Source: Lama guanicoe
Lineage: Eukaryota
Assembly (NCBI GenBank): GCA_013239625.1
Contig: MU053629.1
Span: 3,499,567-3,563,566 of the forward strand
DNA length: 64,000 nt
Reading direction: 5' to 3'
Shown: piece by piece, positions 12,923-26,278 of the stretch
Layout: each line of letters starts with the position of its first letter
Numbering within the stretch: position 1 is the first letter of the stretch
The notes under the pieces: generated by a model
Told to the model about the DNA's origin: nothing
The model's database searches: none
What the model saw: only the letters and a program-made list of their open reading frames with translations
Position numbers and translations under genes: made by a program

Positions 12923-14584
12923 CCCAGAGGCAGCCCTCCCGCCCTCCCGGCCTCCAGGCTCTGCTGAGATTACAGGTGGCAGGGGGCCCAGCAGTTAAGC
13001 CTGACGATTCTTTTCCCATTTGCCAGGCTCTTTTCCTCCTTCAGAAAATTGGTACCTGGGCGAGATTCCCGGGAGGTGGCACGAGGAAGGAAAACACATA
13101 GGTGTATAAAGAGCTCTGAAAAAACCCCACTGTGGAAGAAGGCTCCCAGGATGCCCACGGGCGGCGGGAGTCACGTTGATGCTGTCAGGAGAGCTCTTCT
13201 TAGGTCCACAGAAAACACGTCGGGGTTCGCAGTGTCTGGAGACTGTCTCCCCCCACTGCCTCCCCGAAGCCCCGCTGTCCCGCTGACCCGGGAATCATCT
13301 CAAGCCTCAGTTTCCTCGTGGAGTTGCCGTGAGGATTGAGTGATAACACCCAGGAATTGCCACACGGTAAGCCTCGATAAATGACAGCTTTTATTCTTGA
13401 CATGATTATTAATATCAGATATTAATAAAAATAAATCCAGCAGCAATCCTGTGAGGCACTATTTTCCTCACTGTGTCCGAGTGAAAACAAAAGCCCGGCG
13501 CTTTAGATGATTTGTGCCCTGGATCACGTCGCCAAGTGGGAGGACGGGACTCCAGGGGACTGCTTCCTCTTCTCTGTGCCCACCACCCTCCTGGCGGCCC
13601 TGATGCTCCCCACCTGGCCCCCCATTTCAAGCTCCTCCCTGTTTCTCAACCCCTCCTGGGGCCAGGGGGTAGTTCCAGGGAGCGCACAGACTGCATCTTC
13701 CCTCCCAGTTCCTTCCACAGAAATGGTCCAGGCTCTGCTGTTTGGGACGTGCTCTGAAACGGCCCTTATCTTCTATTTCTTCATCCCCATTCTGCCTGAG
13801 GCCCCCAGGGAAGGATAACCCTGGCCCAGCTAGGCAGCAGGTCCCTTTCTGCTTCGGATCCCCTCTCTTAAGACCACCTGGGCTCAACCACCCAGCCTCT
13901 GGGACTGCCCCTGCCCACCCCAACACACACACACACACACACCCACGATGGTAACTGGGGTGGAGGCGCCAGACCCCAAGGCCAGGAGCTAGTTTAGGTT
14001 CCTGCTCCCCCCCAGCCCTAGATCACCCTGTGACCTTGGACCAGTCACTTCCCCTCTCTGGACCTCAGTCTGCCCTCTGACCAGTGAGGGGCGGGAAGAT
14101 CACCAAGCTGTAACATTCTTTGAGGCCAGGAAGTGACCAGAATCTCAAAATCCAAGGCAGGCTAGGGAGGAGGGTAATCTGGGGTGAGGGAGCTTTTGAA
14201 ATCATATCACAGCAGGAAGGCTCTTCAGAAAAGGCCACACACAGAGGGTGTTCAGGTCATAGAGTCAATAAGAGACGCTGCCCGGCCAAGGGCTTACGGG
14301 AAGGCTGTCCCCCCACCGCCAGGGAGCCCTCACTGACAGCCAGACCTGCTCCTCCGCCTCCGGAATTTCCCTTTAGAGCCACTTGTGGCTGGTGGAGGGG
14401 GGCCCACCCACTCGCACGTGCACACAGACACACACTGGAGAGGACAGGATGGAAACCAGGCCAGGCGGGCCTGCGGGAAAGGAGCCCCACCACCCACAGA
14501 GGGGACTGCTCCCTGCAATCAGACCACGTAGACAGAACCATCTCCACCACGGCCCGCCGAGGGATCCAGATCTGTCAACTTAGT

Positions 14585-15045
14585 GTAACGCTGCCGGTGC
14601 TGGATGTTTTCCATCTGTTCCTGCAGATCCTCTCGGCACACTTCTCCCTCTGCTCTGGGCCCCAGGAGGCTGACAGGTATGGATTGCATCGGAGGCTCCC
14701 TTGACCTCTGGCTTCCGGTTGGGTTCAGCCAAGGGGGCAACCAGCTGGAAACTGTAGAGCAGGAGAGCGAGCAGCAGCACTGTGATTTGGCTGCATCCCT
14801 TCTGGAAGGCCACGCTCCTGTCAGGCAGCCCTCTGTACATAGTACCCTCTCCAAGTCCCCGTGGCGGGGGGCATGGGGGGGGTGAATGCTAACTACTCCC
14901 GTGGTTGCTAGCCTCAGGGTGCTGCACTGTCCTTTGCTGGTTTTCCTACACTCCACCCACACCTTTGTAAACAGCCCCTTTCTTTAGCTCCCATCAAATT
15001 ACCCAGCTTGAGTGTGCTAGCTGTTCCCTGCCAGGACCCCAAGAC
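14585..15045. mobile_element. ERVL LTR33-like solo LTR
   Basis: ccctctgctctgggcccaggaggctgac...ggattgcatc...ggctcccttgacctctggcttccggttgggtt matches the recalled LTR33 consensus. Confidence 0.7.
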
Positions 15046-15249
15046 ATCACTCAAGGAGAATGTCCTTGGTCGAATCATGGCAAGATCTTCATGACCAGAA
15101 ATAAGAAAGTCAGGCAGAAGCAGCCCTCGGGTTAACTGGCCTTGAGGCTTCTCATTGAACAGAGCTCTCTGTGGTCGGGTCCTGACCCCACATGCCCACC
15201 AGGACCCAGCTGGGAAGGTCAGTGAGTCCAAGACTCCCAGGGGACCGTG

Positions 15250-15480
15250 GCGACCCAGACAGCACGTATCCCAGCTGAACGGGAGGCCACCACTCGGCTT
15301 CCTCTGCTGTCGCCAGGCAGGAATGAGGGCCTGGAGTGGCAGATCTTCTGATTATTCAAAGGAAATTGGAAATACATCTTTTTATGTGAAATCCCCTCTT
15401 GGCTCACACGTTTTAAGAGCAAAACTCAAGCCAAACGCATCTGCAGCCAACAGAGAGTTGTTTGTTCCCCCACGAGTTAG
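15250..15480. mobile_element. MER103-like hAT DNA transposon fragment
   Basis: cagatcttctgattattcaaaggaaattggaaat...ttttatgtgaaatc motif. Confidence 0.5.
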
Positions 15481-15780
15481 TTACACTCTGATACTGAGAT
15501 TCCATCTCCTATGTAGACAATTCAGAGTGATGACAGCTTTGGTGGCCCTGCCAAGGCTGCACACTCCGAATCTCGGGGAAGGAAGTGGGCCAGCAAGGGT
15601 CCTCTGGGGAAGAGGGCCCTTGGCAAAACCCAGACTGTGAGGAAAGACAGGCAGTGTCAGCAGTGAGGCCAGCAGCTCTGGGTCAGGGACAGGGAGCCTG
15701 GCAAGATGGGGAAATGGATTACAGTGATTAGAAGTGGGGGCCCCAATGGACAATGAGCTGGCCTCAGAAAGGCTTGGGTT

Positions 15781-15887
15781 GAGGGGTGGGGGGCTAACTC
15801 AGTGGTAAAGCATGTACCTAGCATGGGCAAGGTCCTGAGTTCAACCCCCAATACCTCCATAAAAATAAAAAATTTTTAAAAATAAAG
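15781..15887 (+). mobile_element. Vic-1-type SINE
   Basis: ctaactcagtggtaaagcatgtacctagcatgggcaaggtcctgagttcaacccccaatacctcc; TSD-like aaggcttgggtt/aaggtttgggtt. Confidence 0.85.
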
Positions 15888-17859
15888 GAAGGTTTGGGTT
15901 ATTTGGGTTTTGTTCGTTCGTTCATTTATTACCAAGCTCTGCTTTGAGGCTGCATCAAGTTCTATCTGAAAGTCGCAGTGGTCCATATTCCCCATGCTGG
16001 TGGGCATCTTTGTCTCCTGGGAGACAGGGAAACTAGCATCATTCACAAGGGCCCGGTCTGTCTTCCCTGAACTGCTGGGTGCCTAGCTGGGTGTCCCACA
16101 AAGGACATCTTATCCCCCCAGCTGCCTCCAGGTCCAGCCAAGCGCCCAGTCTCAGTGGGAGAGGAACACCTCTCTAGTGAAGAAACAGCTCCAGCTAGAC
16201 ATCCCTCAGCCTTGGGCTCCCTTCCTTCCCTGAGTTGCTCCAGAAGCATCGATCCCCTTGTCTGGCACTGGCCAGACACCACCAGGGATTGCCAGGCTGT
16301 TGTTTGGACCTTCTGTCTGTCTGACCTCGCCACCAGACCGTAAGCCCCTGGCAGCAGGACTGGATTTTAAGCTTTCCACCCGCTCTGGACTCTCCATAGC
16401 TTCTTACAAATGGAGTTCCATAAATACCCACATTATTGGGCATTTTGGGTGACATGGCTGCGTAGTAATAAGAAATTATAAGCATAATAATAATGATGAC
16501 AGATGCCTTACATTTTTGTAGCACTTTGAACTTGAGGAATAAGAAATAATAAACCTAATAATAGTCATGATAGAAGTCTTAACATTCGGACAGCACTTTG
16601 AAGACTGCAAAACACTTTCACAGACTTCATTTTACACCATCTTCAAAATCATCCTTATAAAAAGTTAGTGGGGGGGAAACAGATGAAACAAGATAGGGGA
16701 GATGTACGTCACTGCTGAAGCAGGGTGATGTGGACATGGGGGTGCACTACACTGTTCTCTCCACTTGGGGATCTATGTGAAATTTTCCATTATAAAGAGT
16801 TTAAAAAAAAAAACACTCTACTATGTAAGTAAAGGAAGAGCCTTGATCATCACTAGTCTTTTAAAGCTGAAGACATTAAAGCCCAGAAAGAGGGGCTGGC
16901 TGGCCCCATCCCTCAAGTAATCGTGGACACGCGTGACCAAGAACAGAAGGGGAGCATCTCCACCCCTTGTCACTTGCTCCCTTTCGTCCATCACTGTTGC
17001 CCCAAGTGGGTCCCACAAACATCATTTCCTTGGATTGTTGAAAGGGTTCCACAGAAACTAAGATCCCAAGGTTAAATAAGTTTTAACAGAGGGCTGAAAA
17101 AAGCAATCAAGTCTATTTTTTTTTCTGCAGGACTTGTCAGAGCCTTTACAGAGCATTCTGTAGAACTAGTGTCCCCTAGAACACAGTTGGGAAACACTGA
17201 GCTCCATCAGACCCCCCAGAGGAGCCTCATTCTGCACCCAGCCCCCTGCCAGCCCCCAGAGTAGGGCTTTCCAGACATCAGAACCCGGGCCAAGCCCAGG
17301 TGCTGCAGATCAGCCCTGCTGGGTATGTGCGAAGTGCTGGGTGACAGAAGGACCAAAATAATCTATCAGGGGAGTGGGGGACTATGATGGAGTGTGGTAA
17401 GGCCTCTGATAATGGCTGGGTCAGAAGAGGAGTTGTTAACAATGCCAAGAGGGTCCATGAGGCCCCCCAGGCTCCCAAATAACATTACAGCCCCCACAAG
17501 ACTTCATTTTGGAGGATGGAGGGGCATTGTGTTTCCTGTAGGGGCTGCTCTTCAGGAACGGATGCTCCAATCCTCTCCTGGGCCATGAATTGAGCTGCTG
17601 ATCCAAGCTCCCTCCCCCATTTCTGTGCTAACCCTCCAGCCCTGGACACTTCTGAGCTCACACCAGCTTCTTTGAAGGTTTCATGGGCCCTTTGGGCAGC
17701 TTTATTGACACTTAATCACTAATGATACGGGGTTTTTCCACCATCCTCTCCACCCTTATCCTCCTCCAGAGTGAGGCCTTGAGCCTCAAAAGAGCAAGTA
17801 AGAGACAAATATGATTTGCTGGGTGAAAGCTGGAAATGCATCTGTATATCGTGCTCAAA

Positions 17860-18090
17860 CAACCGCTAATCCTCACTGAGCACGGACTGTGTGCCAGGCC
17901 ACGTGCTGGGTGCCTACCCACGTACAGTCCCCACAGTAACCCCAGGAGGAGGGGCTGTTTTACATCCCATTTTACAGATGGGCAAACTGAGGCACACAGA
18001 CACGAGCATCACCCAGATGATAGGTGATAGAGCTGAGTGTCGAACCCAGGCAAGGGGCATCTGCAGGCCCTGCTCAGAGCCCCTCAGCTG
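17860..18090. mobile_element. MIR SINE
   Basis: cccattttacagatgggcaaactgaggcacacaga core. Confidence 0.8.
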
Positions 18091-18989
18091 AGCTGCCCCA
18101 GCCCACAGTCTCTGATCAGGAGCCTGTAGAGCTGAACTTGCCCCAGTCGCAGGTCTCAAGAGTCCAGGATGGCCCAGGGCAGCCAGCCTGGCTGCACAAA
18201 GACCCCCAGACTATAGAGACCATCTCCAGCAACCTCAGCGATTTCCCAGGCCCGCTGGCTTATTCCCCTGCCTTTGTCCCCTTCCCTGCCGCAGTCCTGG
18301 TCACCCGCGATTGGGAGGCCCTCACCTGCAGCTGGACAAGCCCTGGCCAAGGCAGGCCATGGAAGCTAGAATTAGCTGTGCCATCAGAGACCCAGCGTCC
18401 GAAGTCCCCAGGGAGCTCCGGGCAGCCTCACACCATCTAATCTCTGGCCTTTCCTTTGCCCCTGGACGGCAGGCCCCTCTGAAATCCTGGGCTTCCCCCT
18501 TGTTTCCTGACTGGCACCCCAGTCCCTGAGGGGCCTGAATAATGACTCACACAATCTGCTTCACCTTATCACCCCCAAGGGAATGGACCCTGATCCTCAC
18601 ACCTCCGGTCTCTGAAATGAGCACTGACAAGGGAGAAGAAGGCCAGGGGGTCTCACCGAGGCCTGTAGTGTGTCGGCCCGACACCCATGAGGTGCCATAC
18701 TTCCTGCCTCACCGACTCAACCCACCCACTACCTGACGAGGTAACAGTATCACCATTTTATAAATGCGGAAGTCGAGGCTCAAAAAGGTAACTTAACATC
18801 ACGAAAGCCGCAGGTGAGAGGAGGACCCTAGTCCATGCTGCCATCGAGGATGTCATGGGGTTCCGACCATAATAACACCAGCAGTGGTGTTAACAAATGC
18901 AGGTGTGACCCTGGAGGAGGTAACACCACTTCCATTTGATACCCAAACAGGGTAAGCAATGGGCTCGACCTCACTCAGCTGCTACAGAT

Positions 18990-19140
18990 ACTAACACTTA
19001 GCACGTACTGCATGCATCCTGCTCAGTGCTCAGCGTGCCTTATCACATTTAATCCTCACAACACTATAAGACAACTACTATTATTATTCTCACTTTACAG
19101 ACGGGGAAACTAAGGCTTAGCAATCCAAAACCAATCACCC
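18990..19140. mobile_element. MIR SINE
   Basis: catttaatcctcacaac...ctttacagacggggaaactaaggcttag. Confidence 0.8.
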
Positions 19141-20539
19141 AGAGTCACTGCAGTAAATGCCTGCCCGGCAGCCGTGCTCCCTTCTTTCGCTGAACACTGT
19201 CATTTTGGAATATGATGACTGGAACCACAGCAGCCATCTCACCACCATGAGGCGCTAGCACCACGATGAGCCAACATGCTGAGGAGAGCAGCCAGAGAGG
19301 TGGGAAGGACTGGGTTCATACTGTTCAAGCCCCTGATGTCATTCTTTTTTGTTACCTGCAATTTAACAAGAAGAACGTGAACCTGCATCTCTAGATTGTG
19401 TGAGTCCAAGCCCAGAGCTTGAATGCACCTCTGAAGAAGAGATACCAGGCTGTCAACCTATAAAGATCCAAGGATGGTTTTCTCCCCTCAACCGTGAGCC
19501 TGCCTGGTTCAATCCTAAGTAGAGTGCACAGACCAGGGCCCAGGCCCAGCCTGGCCACCCAACCCTGATTCCAAGCCCCAAAAGACAAGGATCCCAGCAG
19601 GAGCCCTCAGCAGACATGCCCCAGTGGAGGAAGGTCCTGGAGCCAGCCTCTGCCCCTTGGGAACCAAGTCTCGTCCCACTCTCCCTTCCCACCGCCTTCC
19701 TCTGCCACTGCCCCATAAATCTCCAGTTTATTAATCCTTTACATGAAGCAGTCGGCATGGGGTCCTGATTTACTCCCTGTTCATAAAACACTGAGAAATT
19801 AAAGGTAGAAATTACCCAGAAGGACACAGAGCCTCCACTGGGGAGCCCCAGAGCAGTTCTTGGCCAGAACCAGGCCCTCTCTGCCCTTCCCACCTTCCGA
19901 GCTCAGGATCTGTTGATGTCATTGCCTCGTCCACCAGACGGCCAAGAAGCAAGGAGGCTCTTCCCGACACGTACAACCTATTTGACTCCTACTCTGCACA
20001 AAGCAAAGGGGTGTCACCGCCTTCCTGAAAACCCATTTCAGAGTCTCCTACTTTTTAAAGATTTTCCTCTACTTAAATCTCTTTTGCTGTAGACGGTGAG
20101 GGGTGTGGAGATCAAGTTTGATCAAGTTGGGGACCAAAAGTAGAGAGCTTATTAAAATAATCCAAGTGTCAAAATATGTCACAAATCCAGAGACATGACC
20201 AGGAGGGAAAATGGAAACTTTGCATTAAATGACCTCACCTGCCCTGCTGTCTCAATCGCCCAATGTCATCCTCATTTCTCAAGCCTCTGAGGGCACCTCA
20301 GTATCACTTCACCCCATCACTCCCAAGACCCCCCAGAGACTCAGAACACGATGTTGCTAAAATCCAGCAGACCCTGGATCCTCCTAACAAAACCCTGCAT
20401 GATCTCAAGGCTCCCATATCTCACAGGACACCCCAAAACTGGCCGCCCAATCCCACCTCTTTCCCAAAAGTCAGGGAGAGCCACAAGCAGGCATCAGGGT
20501 CTCATGTCAATGACAAGGACTAGTTCAGTATAACAACAT

Positions 20540-21135
20540 ATCTTTAGCCCACCAACGTGCCAGGGACCGTGCTAGGTACTGAGTCCCTCTTTGACCAGGT
20601 CTCTGGTCCTGAGGCTGTCACTTTGGTTTTGAGGTTATAAGGCTTATAGAGCTATAAACCAGAGAGCCAAGGGGGAAGAAAAGGTCTCTTAGCCCAACAG
20701 AGGGAGGAGAATTCCGGGAAGGCTTCCTGGAGGAGGCAGTGTCTGGGCTGAATTTTGAAAGACAAGTGAGAGTCAGCCAGACTAAGGAAACAGGGAAGGG
20801 CACCGCAGTCAGAAAACAGCGTGAGCGGAGGCTTGGAGGTATGTCACAGCACCACAGGACCGTGTGTTCTGGGGGAGGGGGTCTGGAAGCAGGTATGTGT
20901 CACCAAAGCATAAAGTGCAGGGCGGATTATGGAGAGAGGATGAGGAGAGGCAGCTGGGCCTTGACTGCTGTGCTAATGAGTTTCGACTTTATCCCGAGGG
21001 CAACGGGGAACCATTAAAAGGTTTCCGACAAGACAGGGACATGGTCCAGTTTGCACTTTAGAACAATCCCTTTGCCTGCCACGGGGAGTGTGGACTGGGT
21101 TGGGGGGAGACCACGAGCCAAAGATGGAGAAGGCT
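20540..21135. mobile_element. L2 fragment
   Basis: gggaaggcttcctggaggaggcagtgtctgggctgaattttgaaag...gactttatcccgagggcaacggggaacc...ttgcactttagaacaatcc. Confidence 0.75.
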
Positions 21136-22129
21136 TGAGGCAAAGCAGGGGGCTGCTGAGTGAGGAGCAGCTCTTCATTCTGTGGGCACAAGCCACATCT
21201 GCCCTTGGTACTGTGGTCTGGATGGGACAAGGAAGCGTGAGGGGGCAGCCTAGGGGCTCCAGGGCGGGGGGTGGGGGGAAAGGGCGTGGGAAGGGCTGCC
21301 CGGGAGAGAAGGAAAGCAACTCGAACCCCAGTCCTTTGGCCCGTGACGGGGTCCCCCATGCGCCTCTGCACCCACCTGGCCACAGTGGCTCTTTGCAGAG
21401 AGCTCCCCCATCACCTCCAAGCACCACCACCCCCCTCCCCTCCTGCCTCTGCCCAGCCTCCAGCTCCTCTTCCTGCCCTAGGCCGGGGAGGAGGCTCTGC
21501 CTGTCCATGGTCTATGCCCTCCCTGCGAGAGCAGAGGGGCAGAGGGGCAGAGTCAAGGGGACGAGCCCACCCCAGCCCCCTGGGGAGAGGCTGGACTGCA
21601 GTCCCCGCCATCTCACACTTGAAATTCACTTCATACCTTAAACTCAGGCCCTCCACGTGCTGAACACGGCCACACCCCACCCACCGCCCGATGCCCTCTT
21701 CCTTTGTGCACTGACACCACCACCCGGGTGCCCCCAGCCGTCGGGGTCCTGCGCCTGTGTGCGGACCCCCATTATGTCTCCTCACTGGGTACTGAGTCTT
21801 TTCATTTCCAGCAGGTGCGGTGTCTCAAGGCACCAAGTTTCCTTCATTCCTAAGGCTGGTGCTGCTCAAAGCCTGGTGGGAGAAACTTCCCGGGGACGGG
21901 GGAGACTCTGATGGGGTTTCCTTCTCACGGAGTCCAGTTTGCCCTGAGAAGGTGTGTTTCCCGACGTCAGGGGGTCCAACACCTCATCTCCTTCCAAATC
22001 ACTCTCTCTGCAAAAAAGACCACCGAGCTGCCAAAACAATGGCCTCAAAAGTGATGTTCTCACCGTTCACCTCCAAAAAAGGCAAACAGTAAGCATGCCA
22101 TCACCTGCAATTCTCAAATGATCCTGCAG

Positions 22130-22390
22130 AGTAGTGACTGTTGCTGCCATTTTACAGGTTAAGAAACTTGACTTGGAGAAGCTAAGCTGCTTACCCACGT
22201 CCCAAGCCTGGCTCTCCCAACTCTCCTGTGCAGTCCACCGATGTGCAGAGAGGACCAAGTATAATCTTGGGTTGCAGCACCTCTCTGGCCTCAGTTTCCT
22301 CATCCGGAAAGTGGAATAACAGGAAGACCTCCCTCACAGTTTGGTGTGAGAGAACTGAATGAGGCCATTCATGGAGAAGCTGGCACATGG
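22130..22390. mobile_element. MIR fragments (two opposed pieces)
   Basis: cattttacaggttaagaaactt... and tggcctcagtttcctcatccggaaagtgg... Confidence 0.65.
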
Positions 22391-23279
22391 TGCCCTCCCA
22401 CGCGCAGCCATCCTCCTGCTCGGCTCAATGCTGTCTGGAGGGCAGGCTGCCCTCCCAGTGCTTCCTGCCTCCGTTGACTCTGCGGCCCCTTCCTGGGGAG
22501 GACAGGGAGAGGCACACTCCTGCATGATAAGTGAACCAGTAAACCAATCTTTTTGCCTGGGTGGCTATAAATTACAGCAGGAAGCTTTTTGGGTTGGTGT
22601 CTTCTGTGGCATTAGAAGTATCATTAATTATGTATTAAGTGTTTGAAAGGAAAAGACGTCAGGAGCCTATAGGATGTATTTGCATAGTAATAGAGGATTA
22701 TTAGATGCGGTATCTATACTGAGGGCTACTGAGATTCAGGTCCCCAGCTTCTCAGGGCTGGTGAATTACAGCCACAAAAATCTCTGCTGTAGTAAATAAT
22801 GGCATCCCAATTGCTGGAGGAACTCCCGATGCCTGCTGATGAGACGTGGGCAGCCGCCCAGCCAGGCTGGGGGGACAGCAGCACAGGAGCTCGCGGCCCC
22901 GCTGCTGGGGGTCTGGTTTTCAGGGTGGGCGACCCCTCCCCCCAGCTCAGACCTGAGCTGGGCCAGAAACACCTGCCCGCCTCGGTCTGCGGATGCTCCA
23001 GAGAAACGCTGGAAGCTGCTTCCGAAACCTGGATTCTGCTAAAGACTTTTCTGCAAGTCCCTCTGGGAGTTAGATGCTCGAGTGAAAAGAAAATGCATGT
23101 GTTGCTTCTCAAACTGCAAGGGTGTGTGTCCCCTTTTAATGAGGAGATAGGGAAGGTTGGAGGAGAGTGGCTGCCACTCCTGGGAAGGTGAAGGTCACCG
23201 AGTCCCCTGTAGTCAGGAGCCCAGGCTGCCCAAAAGCAGCAGAGACAGGATCCTACCAGAGCGGCAGTGACAAGAATAA

Positions 23280-23870
23280 CAGGTGACGTTAAGTTAAGGC
23301 ACGTTTACTGTGCGCCAGACCAGGTGTAAGCCCACTGCAGGGATTAACCCAACCCTCAGAGCAGCTCTGTGCGGCAGGTGCTATCACAACCCCATTGTAC
23401 AGGTGAGGAAACTGAGGCACAGAATGACCTCCCCTAGATCGCATCATTGCTCCTCCCTCATCTCCTTCATGCGTTGACTTAAATGTCATCTTTTTACTGA
23501 GACCTTCCGTAATCTCTCTGCTTAAAACTGCAATCCCATCCACACTCCACCACTCACTTGTTACCTTGCCTGTCTTTTTTTCCCACATTACTTGTCACCT
23601 TCAGATGTGCTCCATCAGCTACTAATTTTGTTTACAGGCTGGGTGTCTCCACTAGCATGTCAGCTCCACAAGGGCAGGGATTTCCGTCTGTTTGTCTCAT
23701 ATCGTTTGCTGCTGTATCCCCAGCAGCTAGAACAGGGTCTGGCACGTGGCAAGTGCTCCGTAAACATTTGTTGAATGAGTAGAGGTTGAGCCACCTGCCC
23801 AAGATCACCCCTAGATGGCAGAGCTGAGGTTCACGGCCAGGCACCCTGACCCAGTGCTCACAATTGCTAC
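23280..23870. mobile_element. MIR split by an L2 3' fragment (L2 at ~23440-23780)
   Basis: MIR ccattgtacaggtgaggaaactgaggcacaga resumes as gaggttgagccacctgcccaagatcac after L2 sequence ending taaacatttgttgaatga. Confidence 0.75.
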
Positions 23871-24100
23871 CCCTCACCCAGGAAGGACCTTCTCTCTTAT
23901 TAGGTCATATATGGGGGTTACAGAGGGACCCAGTCTCACCACTGCTGAATAAAACTCCACGGACAACAGTGATCTCTGAGCCTTCTCTGTTCCCCTGAAC
24001 TGAGTCGGGAATGCAAGGGCTTCTGGCAGCAGCTCCCGTCTGACTTTTTGTGGATGAAGTCAAGCAGACTTGAAGACAGACCCTCTCCAAATAAACCCTG

Positions 24101-24530
24101 TGTTATGGACTGAATGTTTGTGTCCCCCACTCCCCACCCCCCAAGATTCATATGTTGAAGCCTTAACCCCAGCGTGATTGTATTTGGAGTAAGGAAGTAA
24201 TTAAGGTCAAGTGAGGTCATACGGGTGGGACCCTGATCCAGCAGGATTAGCGTCCTTAGAAGAAGACTCACCAGAAAGCACTCCAGCTCGTGCTCTTTCT
24301 CTCTCTCTCTCCAACCTGCTGTGAGTGAGCACTACCCAGGAAGGGCCATGTGATCACATAGCAAGAAGGCAGTTGTTGGCCAGCCAGGAAGAGAGCTCTC
24401 ACCAGAACCCAAATTAGCCAGAATCTTGATCCTGGACGTCCAGCCCCCAGAACTGTGAGAGGTTAATTTCTGTTGTTTGGGCCACCCAGTCTCCAGTACC
24501 GTGTTATACCAGTCTGAGCAGACAAGCATG
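24101..24530 (+). mobile_element. MLT1A-like MaLR solo LTR
   Basis: tgttatggactgaatgtttgtgtcccc...attcatatgttgaagccttaacccc...ccagaactgtgaga; TSD ccctg/cccag. Confidence 0.9.
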
Positions 24531-24899
24531 CCCAGTCATTGCTGAGTGCTGAGTGGGTCTCTCACCTGCTCAAGAATGCTGACGGCTTCCCACTGCCTGC
24601 AGGGTCAGGGCCAGACTCCAGCACCTGGTCCCAACTGTGGATTAATTAATTGGCTAATGGTGGCTGAATCAGACCCGATTTAGGTGGCTCCCCAGACTTG
24701 CTCAGCCCCACCTGCCTCCAAGACCACCCATCTGCTACTTGCGCAGTGGAGAGATGGGCCGCCACCACCATCTCAGCCTCCTCTGGGGTGAGGGCCTGGC
24801 TCTGGCACAACCTCCCCTGCATGCAAAACAGGAGCCATTGCAGCTCCAGTGCCCAGGTTCACTGCCCTGGACATAAGGAGGTGCTGGCTGTTCTCACTT

Positions 24900-25325
24900 C
24901 TGGACTCAGCTGAGGCACCACACCACAGGGCACGGGGTACAGCATCCCCAGTGGCTGCCCAGATGGGCAAGGCGATGTGACCCAGAAGTGCAAGGGAGTT
25001 ACTGCCCCATGGGGAAAACTCGGACCAATGAGAGACTGAGATGCTGGCAGATGCTAGAGACTCTCTCCTTCCACCCTGAGCAAACTCTTCTGAGTCACAC
25101 TGGTTCCATTAGGCTTAACCACAGACATCCTCCATGAGTAAGCGAGCAGCTTTCCTTCCTCGCGAATCTGTGGCTGGTCGGCATTTGCTTTTCCTCCTCC
25201 GTTGCCTCACTTCCCTTTTCCTCTCGCTCTCCTTGCCCTGGGACTGCATCTCTACCTCCAGGAAAGCACTAGCACCAAGTCCGGCCTCCAGCTCTGTGTT
25301 CTGGGAACCCAAGATCTCCTCAGCC
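24900..25325. mobile_element. LTR16-like ERVL LTR
   Basis: gggagttactgccccatgggg...gaccaatgagagac...cagctctgtgttctgggaaccca resembles the LTR16 family. Confidence 0.55.
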
Positions 25326-25995
25326 AAGGATGGCCCTCGGTTCCCAGCAGGGCCTTACCAAGAGTAAAGACCCAAAGAGAAGATGAGACACGAGAAATGA
25401 GATATTGCTGATCCTTTGATGGGGGACAGTGAAGACCCGAATCCTTGGAGACACAAAGAATCTCCTTCTTCCCTTGCTGCCTCTGCAAATCCTTCCACCC
25501 ATGGGAAGGCAAAAGCAGCCCAGGTTCCATGGGGATTTGACTTTCTGAAATACACAGAAGGGATTCAAGCCTGTTGCTAGTCTGAGGAGCATTTGATGAA
25601 CAATTTATACTAGGGTGTAAAAGACATAACTATGGAACCTCTGTTTTCTAATGGAGCCCACAAGGACTGGTGACGCTAACATTTACTGGGTCTTTATTAT
25701 GTTTCCAGGCACTAAGCTAAGCCCTTTACCTGCATGTTCAGTTAATCTTCACAACAACTCTATATATTACTTACTGTACTATTGTTACTGCCCTTTTCAC
25801 AAATGAGAAAACGGGTGTTCAGACGAGTTAGGCAACATGCCAGAAACCACGCAGGCAGGACTCAGCCCACATCTAAAGAAAGACTGCTGAGCACAGTGAT
25901 GGCCCATAAGGAAAATTCTCTGGGGGCACAGACCGCCTAAGGAAGCTTTTCAGGTCGGTATTTTCTGTGGCATTAGAAGTATCATTAATTATGTA

Positions 25996-26278
25996 CTAGG
26001 CAGGGATGTAATGCACACTGTAATAAACATAATTAAAACGGCTGTCTGTTACACATGAAAGTTGTTAACAGAGGAAATCCTAAGAGTTTCATCACAAGGA
26101 AAAAAACTTTTTTTTCTATTTCTTTAATTTTGGACCTATATGAGGTGAAGGGTATTTACTAAATTTGTGATAATGATTTCATGATGTATGTAAATCAAAT
26201 CATTATGCCGTGCACCTTAAAGTGACACAGTGCTGTACGTCGGTGATACCTCAGTCAAACTAGAAGAAAATAAATAAA
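25996..26278 (+). mobile_element. 5'-truncated L1MA/MB-type 3' tip with TSD
   Basis: gggatgtaatg...gaaagttgttaa...tcatcacaagg...tcaaatcattatgccgtgcaccttaa plus A tail; TSD aattatgta at 25987-25995 and 26279-26287. Confidence 0.85.

Noticed and set aside
21014..21785. Several overlapping 124-196-aa ORFs
   Set aside because: GC-rich low-complexity sequence partly overlapping L2, with no homology I recognise and no exon structure.
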